64,000 nt of DNA. Source: Minisyncoccota bacterium. GTDB taxonomy: Bacteria > Patescibacteriota > Minisyncoccia > Phycocordibacterales > UBA2100. Both the position numbers and the translations under genes were made by a program. How positions within the stretch are numbered: position 1 is the stretch's first letter; every line of letters starts with the position of its first letter. The notes under the pieces were generated by a model. The model did no database searches. It worked only from the letters and a program-made list of their open reading frames with translations, and was not told where the DNA came from. The stretch is taken from NCBI GenBank assembly GCA_035500505.1, contig DATJXE010000003.1, positions 267,605-331,604 of the forward strand. The letters run 5' to 3'. Below, piece by piece: positions 48,708 through 60,247 of the stretch.

Positions 48708-48809
48708 CAGGAATTGAACAGGAGAGGGCGGGGAAGTATTGGGAAAACCGTGGGTTTCCCAGGAGTTATTTTCCGACCACCGGCTCAAAGAATGGTAAGA
48801 TAGAAATAC

Positions 48810-50372
48810 ATGGATATCCGCAGGCTCCTTTCCAATCGGTACGTGCTTGGTGCCGCCCTCGTCGTGATAGTCGGGGGTGCCGCGTGGTTCTATACCGCCC
48901 ACCGAAACTCATCGTTCGGAGCCACCGTCACGGTCCATACGGCCGATTTTACGCAGGGTATTGAGGTCTCGGGCACGGTGCAGGCCGCCCAGAACGTGGA
49001 TCTCGGTTTTGCCCAAAGCGGCAGGGTTTCCGCCGTGTACGCGCAGGTCGGCGACATGGTGCCCGAAGGAGCGGTGCTCGCAGAGGTAGACAACGGCGAT
49101 CTGCAGGCGACCGTCGCGCAGAAGGAGGCCGCGCTCGAAGCAGCGCAGGCGACGCTTGCATCTCTGCAGGCGGGCACGCGTCCCGAAACGATAGCGATAA
49201 CCGAGACCCAGATACAGAACGACCAGGTGGCACTCGCGCAGAACCGGCAATCGGTCATCAATGCCATCAAGAACGCCTACACCGAATCCGATGACGCGGT
49301 CCACAACAAGGCCGACCAATTGTTCTCAAATCCGTATGGCTCCACGCCCACACTGGACTTCACAACATCCGATTCGCAACTGCAGGCAAAACTCGTGAAC
49401 GATCGCGTAGCTATTGAGTCGGTCCTGTCGGGCTGGGAAACGGACGTCGCGCAACTCTCGACTTCCACCGCCGATCTTTCCGCCGCGCAGGATGAGGCGC
49501 AGGCGAACCTCGCGCTCGTGTCGAACCTTCTCTCCGACGCGAATGCGGTACTGAACCTCGCCATCCCCTCGCAGCAAGCGTCGCAGACGACCGTCAGTGA
49601 CTACGTTTCCAGCATCTCGACGGCGCGCACCAACGTGAACGCCGCGCAGTCGACACTAACGACCGCGGTAACGACCGAACAAGGCACCGAAGCCGCGCTT
49701 GCCGCCGACCAGAAGAACCTCGCGCTCCAGCAGGCCGGTTCCACGCAAGAGGATATCGACGCGCAGAAAGCCCAGGTAGCTGCGGCGCAGGCCGCCGTGA
49801 CGAGCGCGCAAGCGCAACTTCAACAGACCATCGTCACCGCGCCTTTCAGCGGTGTCGTGACCCGCATGGACGCAAAGGTGGGGCAGGTCGTCTCGCCCTC
49901 CACTCCCGAGATCTCCATGATATCGAGCGGACTCTTCCAGATCGTCACGTACGTGCCCGAGGTCGAGGTAGCGGGGCTTTCGGTCGGGAACGAGGCCACA
50001 ACGACGTTGGACGCGTATGGCGCTGATACCTACTTCGCGGCAAAGGTCATCTCGATCGATCCGGCGGAAACAGTGGTGAATGGCGTCTCGACCTACAAAA
50101 CAACGCTACAGTTCCTTGCTCCCGACCCGCGCATCAGAAGCGGCATGACCGCCGATGTGCACATAACGACAATGGACGTGTCCAACGCGATAGCCGTGCC
50201 GCAAGGGGCCATCTTCGAAAAGAACGGGCAGGAGATGGTGCAGGTCGCACAGGGCAGGACGGCCGTCGATGTGCCTGTCACGACCGGCGGGCAGTCTCTC
50301 GGCAACGTGCAGATAACTTCGGGCCTCACGAGCGGCGATGTCGTGATCCTTTCTCCCGACACATCGCTCTAG
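48810..50372 (+). CDS. HlyD/MacA-family periplasmic adaptor (membrane fusion protein)
   Basis: N-terminal TM, lipoyl-like hairpins, long coiled-coil, beta-barrel C-domain; upstream of the ABC permease/ATPase. Confidence 0.8.
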   Translation: MDIRRLLSNRYVLGAALVVIVGGAAWFYTAHRNSSFGATVTVHTADFTQGIEVSGTVQAAQNVDLGFAQSGRVSAVYAQVGDMVPEGAVLAEVDNGDLQATVAQKEAALEAAQATLASLQAGTRPETIAITETQIQNDQVALAQNRQSVINAIKNAYTESDDAVHNKADQLFSNPYGSTPTLDFTTSDSQLQAKLVNDRVAIESVLSGWETDVAQLSTSTADLSAAQDEAQANLALVSNLLSDANAVLNLAIPSQQASQTTVSDYVSSISTARTNVNAAQSTLTTAVTTEQGTEAALAADQKNLALQQAGSTQEDIDAQKAQVAAAQAAVTSAQAQLQQTIVTAPFSGVVTRMDAKVGQVVSPSTPEISMISSGLFQIVTYVPEVEVAGLSVGNEATTTLDAYGADTYFAAKVISIDPAETVVNGVSTYKTTLQFLAPDPRIRSGMTADVHITTMDVSNAIAVPQGAIFEKNGQEMVQVAQGRTAVDVPVTTGGQSLGNVQITSGLTSGDVVILSPDTSL

Positions 50373-50378
50373 CCCAGC

Positions 50379-51638
50379 ATGCCGTCTTTGCTTGATGTCC
50401 GCGTCGGTTGGTACCTCGCGCGAAGGCAGTTGAAGCGCGCGTCGCTGTGGACGACCGGCCTCATCGTGTTCGTCATGACACTCACGTTCCTCGACCTCGT
50501 CGTCGTGACGGGGCTTTTGGTCGGCATCGTCGCGGGCATTACGAATCTGTACCGCGTCCAGGTGACGGGCGACGTATTGGTCTCCACTCCCGACACCAAG
50601 AACTACATCGACCACAGCCAGGAGATCATTTCGTTCATCAAGACGCTACCGCAGGTGCAGGACTTGAGCGCTCGGTATGTCACCGGCGGCACCATTGAGG
50701 CGAACTACTTGACCGCGGTCGACCCGAATGAAAAGCCGGACGAAACCGGCGCCAGCATCGTCGGCGTGGATCCCGCCGCGGAGAACACGTTCTCGGGGCT
50801 TGCCTCCGACATCGGCGAAGGCAGCTACCTTGCGCCGGGAGACTACGACGAAGTTCTCATCGGCTCGGAACTCATCGACCGCTATTCGTTCGGCAAGCTT
50901 CCGGGATTGACGCCGCTCACCAACGTCTACCCCGGCACGAAAATACTCCTCACGGTGAATGGCCAGACGCGAGAGGTGACCGTCAAGGGTATTATCGTCA
51001 CGACCGCGAACTCGCCGCTTTCCGAAGAGGTGTTCATGCCCGCCGCAGAATTGAGCGAGCTCATGGGACGCACCGACTACAACGTCAATGAAGTAGCGAT
51101 ACGCCTCAAGCCCGGAGAAGACGCAGCGGCATTTCGGGATCTTCTTGTCCGGAGCGGCGTTTCGCAGTACGCGACGGTGCAAACGTTCGAAGAGGGTATC
51201 CCCAACGGAGTGGCGGAGATCACGAGCACGTTCGCCGAGATCGGCAACGCCATCTCGTCCGTCGGACTCGTCGTCGCATCTATCACGATTTTCATCGTCA
51301 TTTTCGTCAACGCGGTCACGCGTCGCAAATTCATCGGCATCTTGAAGGGCATCGGCATCAGCGCGCAGGCGATCGAGATCTCCTACATGTTCCAGTCGTT
51401 CTTCTACGCGGCGATCGGCTCGGGTATCGGCCTCCTGATCATTTACGGTTTTCTCGTCCCGTATTTTTCGGCGCACCCCATCGTGCTGCCGATCTCCAAC
51501 GCCATCATCGTCGCGCCGGTCGGTGAGACGTTCCTGCGCATCGCGCTCCTCGTCGTGGCGACCGTCATCGCAGGGTTCATCCCCGCACGTATGATCGTCC
51601 GCAAGAACACGCTCGATTCCATCTTGGGCAGAGAATGA
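50379..51638 (+). CDS. ABC transporter permease (FtsX/MacB-type)
   Basis: N-terminal TM, large periplasmic domain, C-terminal 3 TM FtsX-like module. Confidence 0.85.
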   Translation: MPSLLDVRVGWYLARRQLKRASLWTTGLIVFVMTLTFLDLVVVTGLLVGIVAGITNLYRVQVTGDVLVSTPDTKNYIDHSQEIISFIKTLPQVQDLSARYVTGGTIEANYLTAVDPNEKPDETGASIVGVDPAAENTFSGLASDIGEGSYLAPGDYDEVLIGSELIDRYSFGKLPGLTPLTNVYPGTKILLTVNGQTREVTVKGIIVTTANSPLSEEVFMPAAELSELMGRTDYNVNEVAIRLKPGEDAAAFRDLLVRSGVSQYATVQTFEEGIPNGVAEITSTFAEIGNAISSVGLVVASITIFIVIFVNAVTRRKFIGILKGIGISAQAIEISYMFQSFFYAAIGSGIGLLIIYGFLVPYFSAHPIVLPISNAIIVAPVGETFLRIALLVVATVIAGFIPARMIVRKNTLDSILGRE

Positions 51639-52351
51639 GTATGACCATCATCGACGTACAAAACCTCGTGAAAACGTTCCGAAGCGGCGCGATAGAAACG
51701 CGCGTTCTGAAAGGCATCGACCTTGCCGTGCCGAAAGGGGAATGGCTCTCCATCATGGGCCGAAGTGGTGCGGGCAAGTCCACGCTCATGTATCAGATGA
51801 GCCTGCTCGACGACCCCACTTCGGGCAAGATCTTGATCGAGGGGCGGGAAGTGCACGGCATGTCGGAAAGGGAAAAAATGAATTTTCGCCTCTTTAAATT
51901 CGGGTACGTCTTTCAGGATTACGCGCTCCTTCCGGAATTGACGGCGCTTGAGAATGTCGTCGTACCGCTCCTTATGGAGAACCTGGCGCACGCGCAGGCG
52001 CAGGCGCGCGCGGGGGATGCGCTCACGAAGGTCGGCCTGGGCGAAAGGTTCCACAATCTGCCGAGCCAGCTTTCTGGCGGGGAACAGCAACGCGTTTCCA
52101 TCGCTCGCGCCATCGCGGAATCGCCGGACATCCTGTTTGCCGACGAACCGACAGCGAACCTCGACCGCGAGTCATCGTTGGTCGTTATGGATATTTTCCG
52201 CGATCTCCACAGAGAAGGGCAGACCATCATCATGGTCACGCACGAGGAAGAATACGGCGCGCTCGCCGATCGTCGCGTCCGGCTCGACGACGGCAGGATC
52301 ATTTCCGACGAGCGTCTGAAGAACGCGCACGGCAACGCCGCATCGATATGA
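51635..52351 (+). CDS. ABC transporter ATP-binding protein (MacB/LolD-like)
   Basis: Walker A GRSGAGKST, signature LSGGEQQRVSIARA, Walker B ILFADEPT. Confidence 0.9.
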   Translation: MSMTIIDVQNLVKTFRSGAIETRVLKGIDLAVPKGEWLSIMGRSGAGKSTLMYQMSLLDDPTSGKILIEGREVHGMSEREKMNFRLFKFGYVFQDYALLPELTALENVVVPLLMENLAHAQAQARAGDALTKVGLGERFHNLPSQLSGGEQQRVSIARAIAESPDILFADEPTANLDRESSLVVMDIFRDLHREGQTIIMVTHEEEYGALADRRVRLDDGRIISDERLKNAHGNAASI

Positions 52352-52971
52352 CACACGACATCATTCCACGTCGGCATCACTTTGTTTTTTTCTTCACACT
52401 CTTTTATATCGTCGCTTTTTCGTTAGGATTCCTAATCGGTGGCAACTACGAGTTCGTGATCTACACGGCCGTTATGCTCGGCGTTCTCCTCGTCGTGACC
52501 TTACTTGTGCGGGAATACGACATTCCAGACCCACTTTTGTGGACATTCTCGTTCGCAGGAATTCTACATATGCTCGGCGGCGGCGTACACGTGAACGGCG
52601 ACCGCCTCTATGGTTTCATTTTGTACCCAGTCTATATAAGTTCGACCGACCCTGGCTTCCAGATATTCCGCTACGACCAGCTTGTGCACCTGTTCGGCTA
52701 CGGCGTCATCGCGCTATGCATCCACTATGCGCTCCGCAGGTATACGCCGCAGAGCGACCCCGTTTTGCGCGCGTGCATTACCATCCTGGCGACGATGGGC
52801 ATCGGCTCATTCAACGAGGTCGCGGAATTCTTCGCAACCCTCACACTGCCTTCGACGGGCGTCGGCGATTATTCCAACACGCTCCTCGACCTCACCTCCA
52901 ACATGCTCGGCGCCATCGTCGCCGTAAGCGGATACGAGACGTGGATACGATTGAAAAAGGGGCGTCAATAA
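52348..52971 (+). CDS. hypothetical polytopic membrane protein
   Basis: 207-aa ORF, ~6 TM; translationally coupled to the upstream ATPase. Confidence 0.55.
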   Translation: MTHDIIPRRHHFVFFFTLFYIVAFSLGFLIGGNYEFVIYTAVMLGVLLVVTLLVREYDIPDPLLWTFSFAGILHMLGGGVHVNGDRLYGFILYPVYISSTDPGFQIFRYDQLVHLFGYGVIALCIHYALRRYTPQSDPVLRACITILATMGIGSFNEVAEFFATLTLPSTGVGDYSNTLLDLTSNMLGAIVAVSGYETWIRLKKGRQ

Positions 52972-53003
52972 CGTACGATACGCAAGTTCGCCGCCCCGTT
53001 ACT

Positions 53004-53076
53004 GCCGAGATAGCTCAGTTGGTAGAGCACCGCTTTCGTAAAGCGGGGGTCCCGGGTTCAAATCCCGGTCTCGGCT
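53004..53076 (+). tRNA. tRNA-Thr (CGU)
   Basis: GCCGAGATAGCTCAGTTGGTAGAGCACCGCTTTCGTAAAGCGGGGGTCCCGGGTTCAAATCCCGGTCTCGGCT. Confidence 0.9.
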
Positions 53077-53077
53077 C

Positions 53078-53974
53078 ATGGACAAAGCAGGCATTGAAAA
53101 AAAGATCAGCGAGATCGAAGCGGCGATGGGCGCGGCGGACTTTTGGAGTGACAAGGAAAAGGCGCAGGCAACGGTGAAGGAGTACCAGGACCTCAAGCAG
53201 CAGCTCGCGGGCGGCGGAGGGCACGACAAATCCGACGCGCTCGTGTCCATCATCTCCGGCGCCGGCGGCGACGACGCCGAAGATTTTTCGCGGATCTTGT
53301 TCCAGATGTATTCGAAATACGCGGCGAAGAGAGGATGGAATGTACTGCTCCTCTCGTCGAACCAAAATTCGATGGGCGGATACCGCAGTGTCTCGTTCGA
53401 GGTTTCCGGGAGCGGCGCGTACGGTGCGCTCAAGAAGGAAGCGGGTGTGCACCGTCTCGTGCGCATGTCGCCCTTCAACGCTGCAGGCAAACGACAGACC
53501 AGCTTCTCGCTCGTCGAAGTGTTGCCGAAATTGCCCGACCAAGGCGACCTCCACATTCCCGAAAGCGACATCGAGGTGACGGTCGCGCGCTCCGGAGGCC
53601 CCGGCGGGCAGAACGTGAACAAGCGCGACACGGCCGTGCGCATGACCCACAAGCCGACCGGCATCGCCGTGCACGTCACAAGCGAGCGCTCGCAGGCCCA
53701 GAACCGCGAAAAAGCGCTTGAGATGATACGCGGCAAGCTCTTCCAGATGCGCGAAGAGGCTGCGGAAAAAGAGTCGCGCGGACTCTCCGCCGGCGCGTCG
53801 ACCAAAATAGAGTGGGGAAGCCAGATACGCTCCTACGTGTTGCATCCGTACCAGCTCGTGAAGGACCATCGCACCGACCACGAGGAGCGGAACGTGGAAA
53901 AGGTGCTGGAAGGGGACATTCAGGGCTTCATCGACGCGGAAAAAGCTTTGGATGGTCCTGCGGGCGAGGTATAA
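53078..53974 (+). CDS. prfB: peptide chain release factor 2 (short N-terminal domain, no programmed frameshift)
   Basis: SPF motif ([12 protein letters not shown]) and GGQ ([11 protein letters not shown]); 298 aa; starts 2 nt after tRNA-Thr. Confidence 0.85.
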   Translation: MDKAGIEKKISEIEAAMGAADFWSDKEKAQATVKEYQDLKQQLAGGGGHDKSDALVSIISGAGGDDAEDFSRILFQMYSKYAAKRGWNVLLLSSNQNSMGGYRSVSFEVSGSGAYGALKKEAGVHRLVRMSPFNAAGKRQTSFSLVEVLPKLPDQGDLHIPESDIEVTVARSGGPGGQNVNKRDTAVRMTHKPTGIAVHVTSERSQAQNREKALEMIRGKLFQMREEAAEKESRGLSAGASTKIEWGSQIRSYVLHPYQLVKDHRTDHEERNVEKVLEGDIQGFIDAEKALDGPAGEV

Positions 53975-54675
53975 TGAGCGACATTGGTTACATGATCTAC
54001 TACGACAAAGTAACGAAAGTCTATTTTGACGGTGCGCCGCCTGCGGTCGAGGATGTAACGCTCGGCATCGAACCGGGCGAATTCGTTTCCATCGTCGGGC
54101 ACTCCGGCGCCGGCAAGACGACGCTCCTCAAAATGTTGTTCGCCGAAGAGCGACCGACCGAAGGCTCCGTCTTTTTTGGTTCTCGTCCGGTCGCGGAACT
54201 CGCTCCGAAAGAACTTCTGGAACTGCGCCGCCATATCGGCACGGTATTCCAGGATTTTCGCTTGTTGCCGACGAAGAACGTCTATGAAAATATCGCATTC
54301 GCGCTCGAAGTAGCCGGCAAGGACGACGAGGATATTCGCGCCGACGTGCCGCACGTGCTGGACCTCGTCGGCCTCACCGACAAAATTTGGAACTTTCCCC
54401 ACGAGCTCTCCGGCGGGGAGCAGCAGCGGGTCGCCATCGCGCGTGCCATCGTGAATCAGCCGGAGGTCTTGCTCGCGGACGAGCCGACCGGCAACCTCGA
54501 TCCCATCAACGCGCACGACGTCGTCGAGATATTGAAAAAAATAAACGACCTGGGCACCACGGTGCTCCTCACGACGCACAACAAGACGGTCGTCGACTCC
54601 ATCGGCCGGCGCGTCGTCACGATGGACCAGGGCAGGATCGTGCGAGACGATAAGCACGGCAAGTACGTTCTATAA
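53974..54675 (+). CDS. ftsE: cell division ATP-binding protein FtsE
   Basis: Walker A GHSGAGKTT, LSGGEQQRVAIARA; 1-nt overlap (TAATG) with prfB; GGTATAAT just upstream. Confidence 0.9.
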   Translation: MSDIGYMIYYDKVTKVYFDGAPPAVEDVTLGIEPGEFVSIVGHSGAGKTTLLKMLFAEERPTEGSVFFGSRPVAELAPKELLELRRHIGTVFQDFRLLPTKNVYENIAFALEVAGKDDEDIRADVPHVLDLVGLTDKIWNFPHELSGGEQQRVAIARAIVNQPEVLLADEPTGNLDPINAHDVVEILKKINDLGTTVLLTTHNKTVVDSIGRRVVTMDQGRIVRDDKHGKYVL

Positions 54676-54682
54676 TTCTCGT

Positions 54683-55609
54683 ATGTCATTCTGGAACACA
54701 ACCAAGCGAGTCGCGCGGTACGGATTCATCGGATTTCTCCGCAACGGATTCGTCTCATTCTCGGCGATCCTCGTTATGACGATAACCCTGTTCGTCATCG
54801 CCGCGCTCCTGATCGGCAACGCCGCGCTTTCGGTCACGCTGAAAGATCTCACGAGCCAGGTCCAGGTCACCGTGTACTTCACGCCGGACGCGACGGAAGA
54901 TCAGGTGCAAAACGTGCAGCAGAGCGTGCAGGCGCTTCCGGAGGTCGCTTCAGTGACGTACGTTTCCGCCGACCAGGCGCTGGCCAATTTCCAAGCACGC
55001 CACCAGAACGACCAGCTCACGCTGCAGGCGCTGGACGAGCTCTCCGGCAACCCGCTGGGCGCGTCGCTCCAGGTCCGCGCCAAAGACCCGACCCAATATC
55101 CCGCGATCGCGCAGTATCTTGAGACTCAAGCCACCCAGGGCGCCGAGGCCGCGGTCATCGAGAAAGTCGATTACCAACAGAACCAGACCGCCATCACGAG
55201 ACTTACCGCGATCATCAACACGTCCAAGGAGGTCGGCATCGTCATCGCTGTCATCTTGGGACTCGCGTCGGTCCTGATATCGTTCAACACGATACGCCTC
55301 GCGATCTACACAGCTCGCGACGAGATAGCGGTCATGAATTTGGTGGGGGCTTCGCACTGGTACGTGCGCGGGCCTTTCATTATTGCGGGCATCCTCTACG
55401 GGCTCATCAGCGGCGCGGTCGTGCTGTTCCTCATGTATCCCATCACGGCGGCCCTTGGCCCCGGAAGCCAGGAATTTTTGGGCAGTTTCAACGTATTTTC
55501 GTACTTTATCGGCTCGTTCGTGTACCTGTTCCTCATCGTTATGTGCTCCGGCATCTGTTTGGGCGCGTTGTCCAGCTATCTAGCCATCCGAAGATACCTC
55601 CGGGCGTAA
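54683..55609 (+). CDS. ftsX: cell division permease FtsX
   Basis: N-terminal TM, periplasmic domain, C-terminal 3 TM; follows ftsE. Confidence 0.85.
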   Translation: MSFWNTTKRVARYGFIGFLRNGFVSFSAILVMTITLFVIAALLIGNAALSVTLKDLTSQVQVTVYFTPDATEDQVQNVQQSVQALPEVASVTYVSADQALANFQARHQNDQLTLQALDELSGNPLGASLQVRAKDPTQYPAIAQYLETQATQGAEAAVIEKVDYQQNQTAITRLTAIINTSKEVGIVIAVILGLASVLISFNTIRLAIYTARDEIAVMNLVGASHWYVRGPFIIAGILYGLISGAVVLFLMYPITAALGPGSQEFLGSFNVFSYFIGSFVYLFLIVMCSGICLGALSSYLAIRRYLRA

Positions 55610-55684
55610 CCCGTATCAGGTCGGCTTGTTCGCGAAGTTCTCCACGCCCGAGCAGTCTTCGGTTTTCGGAACTATTGTGGTACA

Positions 55685-57352
55685 GTGAATGCCCGTATGG
55701 CGCGCGCGCTTGCGGGACACAAGTATATTTTCGTTGTAGGCGGCGTCATGTCCGGCGTCGGAAAGGGAATAGCCACCGCCTCCATCGGAAAAATACTTTC
55801 GGCGCGCGGCCTCTCCGTGAATTTGATGAAAATAGACCCGTATCTCAACGTGGATGCGGGAACGATGAATCCGACGGAGCACGGCGAGGTGTTCGTGCTC
55901 GACTCCGGGCTCGAAACCGACCAGGACATGGGCAACTACGAGCGATTCCTCAACCGCGATCTGGGACCGGAGGACTACATGACGAGCGGCATGGTCTACA
56001 AGGCGGTCATCGAGCGCGAGCGCAACCTGGGGTACGGAGGAAAATGCGTCGAAGCGGTGCCGCACGTGCGCGACGAGATAATCGAGCGCATCGAACGCTC
56101 GGCGAAGCTCGCGGGATCCGACGTGACGGTCATCGAAATAGGCGGCACCTTGGGTGATTTTTCCAACGCGCTTTTCATCGACGCGGCGCGCGTCATCCAT
56201 CTGAAGAGTCCGCGCGATACGCTCTTCGTCATGGTGTCGTATCTGCCGGTGCCGGGCACGCTCGGCGAGATGAAAACGAAGCCGACGCAGAACGCGATGC
56301 GCGAACTCAACTCCTACGGCGTGCAGGCCGACGTTCTCATCGCGCGTTCGACACATCCACTCGACAAAAAGCGCAAAGAGAAGTTGGCCATTTCATGCAA
56401 CGTGCGGCCCGAGTGCATCATCTCCGCGCCCGACGTGGACTCCATCTACGACGTGCCGCTGAATTTCGAGCGCGACAAGCTCTCCGACGTGCTGCTCGAG
56501 TCGCTCGGCATCGAGAACGGGCACGGGTCCGACTTCGGCGAGTGGAAAGATTTTGCGACGAAGACACACAACGGCCAAGACGTTGTGAAGATCGGCATCG
56601 TCGGCAAATATTTCGATACCGGCGACTTCGTGCTCTCCGACGCGTACCTCTCCGTCATCGAGGCCATCAAATTTTCCGCGTACACGCAGGGCAAAAAGCC
56701 CCACATCGATTGGCTCAACGCGAAGGAGTACGAACAGCATCCCGAAAAGGTATCCGAATTGGAGGGGTACGACGGCATTCTGGTGCCGGGCGGATTCGGC
56801 GAAACGGGCATCGAGGGAAAGATTTTCGCAATTAAATTCGCGCGTGAGCACAAGATCCCGTACTTCGGCCTGTGCTATGGCATGCAGCTCATGACGGTCG
56901 AATACGCGCGCAACGTCGCCGGGCTGGAGAGAGCGCACACGACCGAGATAGACCCGAACACACCGCATCCGGTCATCATGATATTGCCCGAGCAGATAGA
57001 AAAACTCGCCAAAAAGGACTACGGGGGCACGATGCGTCTCGGCGCATACCCCTGCGACCTCGTTCCTGGAACTATCGCTGCGGAAAGTTATGGGAAGAAA
57101 GATGTATCGGAGCGCCACCGCCACCGCTTTGAGGTAAATCCCGACTATATCGCGCAACTCGAGAAAGCCGGACTTGTTTTTTCCGGTCGCTCGCCCGACG
57201 GCAGGCTCATGGAGATAGCCGAGCTTCCAAAAGAGACGCATCCGTTCATGCTGGGCACGCAATTCCATCCGGAACTCAAGGCGCGCCCGCTCGCCCCGCA
57301 TCCGCTTTTCAATGCGTTCATCAAGGCGGCTATCGAACGGGGCAAGAAATGA
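55685..57352 (+). CDS. pyrG: CTP synthase
   Basis: N-terminal synthetase domain (YIFVVGGVMSGVGKG) and C-terminal GATase (GLCYGMQ, HRHRFEVN). Confidence 0.95.
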   Translation: MNARMARALAGHKYIFVVGGVMSGVGKGIATASIGKILSARGLSVNLMKIDPYLNVDAGTMNPTEHGEVFVLDSGLETDQDMGNYERFLNRDLGPEDYMTSGMVYKAVIERERNLGYGGKCVEAVPHVRDEIIERIERSAKLAGSDVTVIEIGGTLGDFSNALFIDAARVIHLKSPRDTLFVMVSYLPVPGTLGEMKTKPTQNAMRELNSYGVQADVLIARSTHPLDKKRKEKLAISCNVRPECIISAPDVDSIYDVPLNFERDKLSDVLLESLGIENGHGSDFGEWKDFATKTHNGQDVVKIGIVGKYFDTGDFVLSDAYLSVIEAIKFSAYTQGKKPHIDWLNAKEYEQHPEKVSELEGYDGILVPGGFGETGIEGKIFAIKFAREHKIPYFGLCYGMQLMTVEYARNVAGLERAHTTEIDPNTPHPVIMILPEQIEKLAKKDYGGTMRLGAYPCDLVPGTIAAESYGKKDVSERHRHRFEVNPDYIAQLEKAGLVFSGRSPDGRLMEIAELPKETHPFMLGTQFHPELKARPLAPHPLFNAFIKAAIERGKK

Positions 57353-57431
57353 AAGGGGACAACCACTTGACCGCCCCAATGGAAAGTTGTACCGTGTTTG
57401 AAGCCTTATTCCAATTGGGGAACCGGGCTCA

Positions 57432-57644
57432 ATGGAGGAGACCATGCAGCTCATCGTCAGTGGTGGATGCACACCAAAACAGTACTCGGACTTTTTCCGC
57501 CGGGAGGAGAATCCTGTAACGGAAATCATCGTTATGCCGCCGGCGAACGAAGAGCACGCTGCGCGCATCCGTGAGGGCATCAGGATCGCACGGCACAGTG
57601 GACTGCGCATCGTCTTCCATCCGGGCGCCAATTGCTACAAGTAG
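57432..57644 (+). CDS. small hypothetical protein (70 aa)
   Basis: ORF only; weak. Confidence 0.3.
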   Translation: MEETMQLIVSGGCTPKQYSDFFRREENPVTEIIVMPPANEEHAARIREGIRIARHSGLRIVFHPGANCYK

Positions 57645-57728
57645 TGACCCATCACGATAGTTTGTGGGCGAAGGACCCGTCTTGGACGGGCCCTTTTGCT
57701 TTCTTCAGCATCGTCAGTATACTTAGAC

Positions 57729-58775
<1,047 letters not shown>

Positions 58776-58779
58776 TCTT

Positions 58780-59688
58780 ATGACTTTCGAGGACAGCATA
58801 CTGCGCAAGATAGATCGTGAAAGGCATCAACGGCAGCGCGAATCCGTACGTACGCCAACATTCGATAGAGCACACGCGCGAGCGCAAGCGGTGCTCAAGG
58901 ACCCCAAGTTTTCCATCCAGGCGCCAAGTTTCATCGATCTCTACGGCGAAGAAAATGTCATTAACGATATGAAGCGAGTAATGAAGAAGAGAAATAGCTT
59001 CGCGAAAGTAAATTCCCCAGAGCAGGAGGAGTCGAAGAGAGTCGCTGAAGTTTTCGAGGCGATAATTCTGGAGAAGTCTCAGGGAGATGGGTGGCTGGGT
59101 GACGGCGTCAGTGCGCTGAAAACCTCCTTGTACGACGATTATTTCAACGGCTCGGACATGCTCGCCGAGTGGGAGATATCCGAAGGTGATTCACAAGTAC
59201 TTGCCCTTTCGGTGGATGTTACATTCAGCACATTAAAGATGTCCGAAAAGATCGAACACATAAGAGAAAATGTTAAAAATGGGAAGCTTGGTTCCGTAAA
59301 GTACTTCAAAAACAAGGACGGATCGTTCAGGGGCGAGCGCAACGGCATACCGCAAGTCGTCGTTGGCGTAGACAGAAATACCGTTTTCAAACTGGCGGAT
59401 TTCTGGATAAAGGGGGACACGTCGGGTCTTGCGAGTCACCCCGTGCAACGCGTTCTGATAGATGAAATTGCTCACCAACTGGAGCTCATTAAGGATTTCG
59501 CTGGGAGTCGGGGCCAAAAGCAGGTCGCCGATGCGTACAGTCGCTCTCTTTCTCTCATCAGAAAGATACAAAAGCAAAAAGAGAACATCGCTCACGGTGA
59601 ATTTGGGAACGACCGCGTTTATAAAGCCATACTCGAACAGTCCAAGAAAGCTTTCGCTTCGACTGATGGGGAGAAATCCACAGGGTGA
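58780..59688 (+). CDS. hypothetical protein (lower GC than flanks)
   Basis: 302-aa ORF; no family recognised; visibly AT-richer codon usage. Confidence 0.55.
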   Translation: MTFEDSILRKIDRERHQRQRESVRTPTFDRAHARAQAVLKDPKFSIQAPSFIDLYGEENVINDMKRVMKKRNSFAKVNSPEQEESKRVAEVFEAIILEKSQGDGWLGDGVSALKTSLYDDYFNGSDMLAEWEISEGDSQVLALSVDVTFSTLKMSEKIEHIRENVKNGKLGSVKYFKNKDGSFRGERNGIPQVVVGVDRNTVFKLADFWIKGDTSGLASHPVQRVLIDEIAHQLELIKDFAGSRGQKQVADAYSRSLSLIRKIQKQKENIAHGEFGNDRVYKAILEQSKKAFASTDGEKSTG

Positions 59689-59731
59689 AACTCATCGAAG
59701 CTTAATTATAACGTTGTATCCTTTCCCGAAT

Positions 59732-60223
59732 ATGCCGAACAAAAACGCACTTATCGTCATTATCGTGGTCGTCGTAGTTGTCGTCGCGGCGACGTTCGTC
59801 GGCGCGCTTTTGGGGGGCGGCATTGGAGGCACGCAGGCGCCCACGGCGGACACGGCGAGTTCGACCGTCGCATCCTTTGGGAAAACACTGCAGCAAGTCT
59901 CCATCCTTGCGCCGGATGCTTCGACGACTATCGCGAGCACCTACGCGCCCTATGTCGATCCGGCTCTCCTTGCGCAGTGGGAAGCGGACCCGCAATCCGC
60001 GCCGGGCAGAGTGGTTTCAAGCCCGTGGCCCGACCGCATTCAAATAGATTCGATAGTTCCTCAAGGCAGCGGCTTTGTCGTGAGGGGCGAGCTTGTCTTT
60101 ATGACCAGCAATGAAGTCGAGCATGGCGGCAATGCGGGCACGACGCCCGTCGTCATCCAACTTGCCAATGAGGAGGGGAAGTTGATGATAGTCGCCTTTG
60201 AGGGACAGAATAGTGGACAATAA
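59732..60223 (+). CDS. membrane-anchored hypothetical protein
   Basis: N-terminal TM ALIVIIVVVVVVVAATFVGALLGG; internal start of ORF 59462-60223. Confidence 0.5.
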   Translation: MPNKNALIVIIVVVVVVVAATFVGALLGGGIGGTQAPTADTASSTVASFGKTLQQVSILAPDASTTIASTYAPYVDPALLAQWEADPQSAPGRVVSSPWPDRIQIDSIVPQGSGFVVRGELVFMTSNEVEHGGNAGTTPVVIQLANEEGKLMIVAFEGQNSGQ

Positions 60224-60247
60224 TTCGTTCCGAGTGATACTTGTGCT

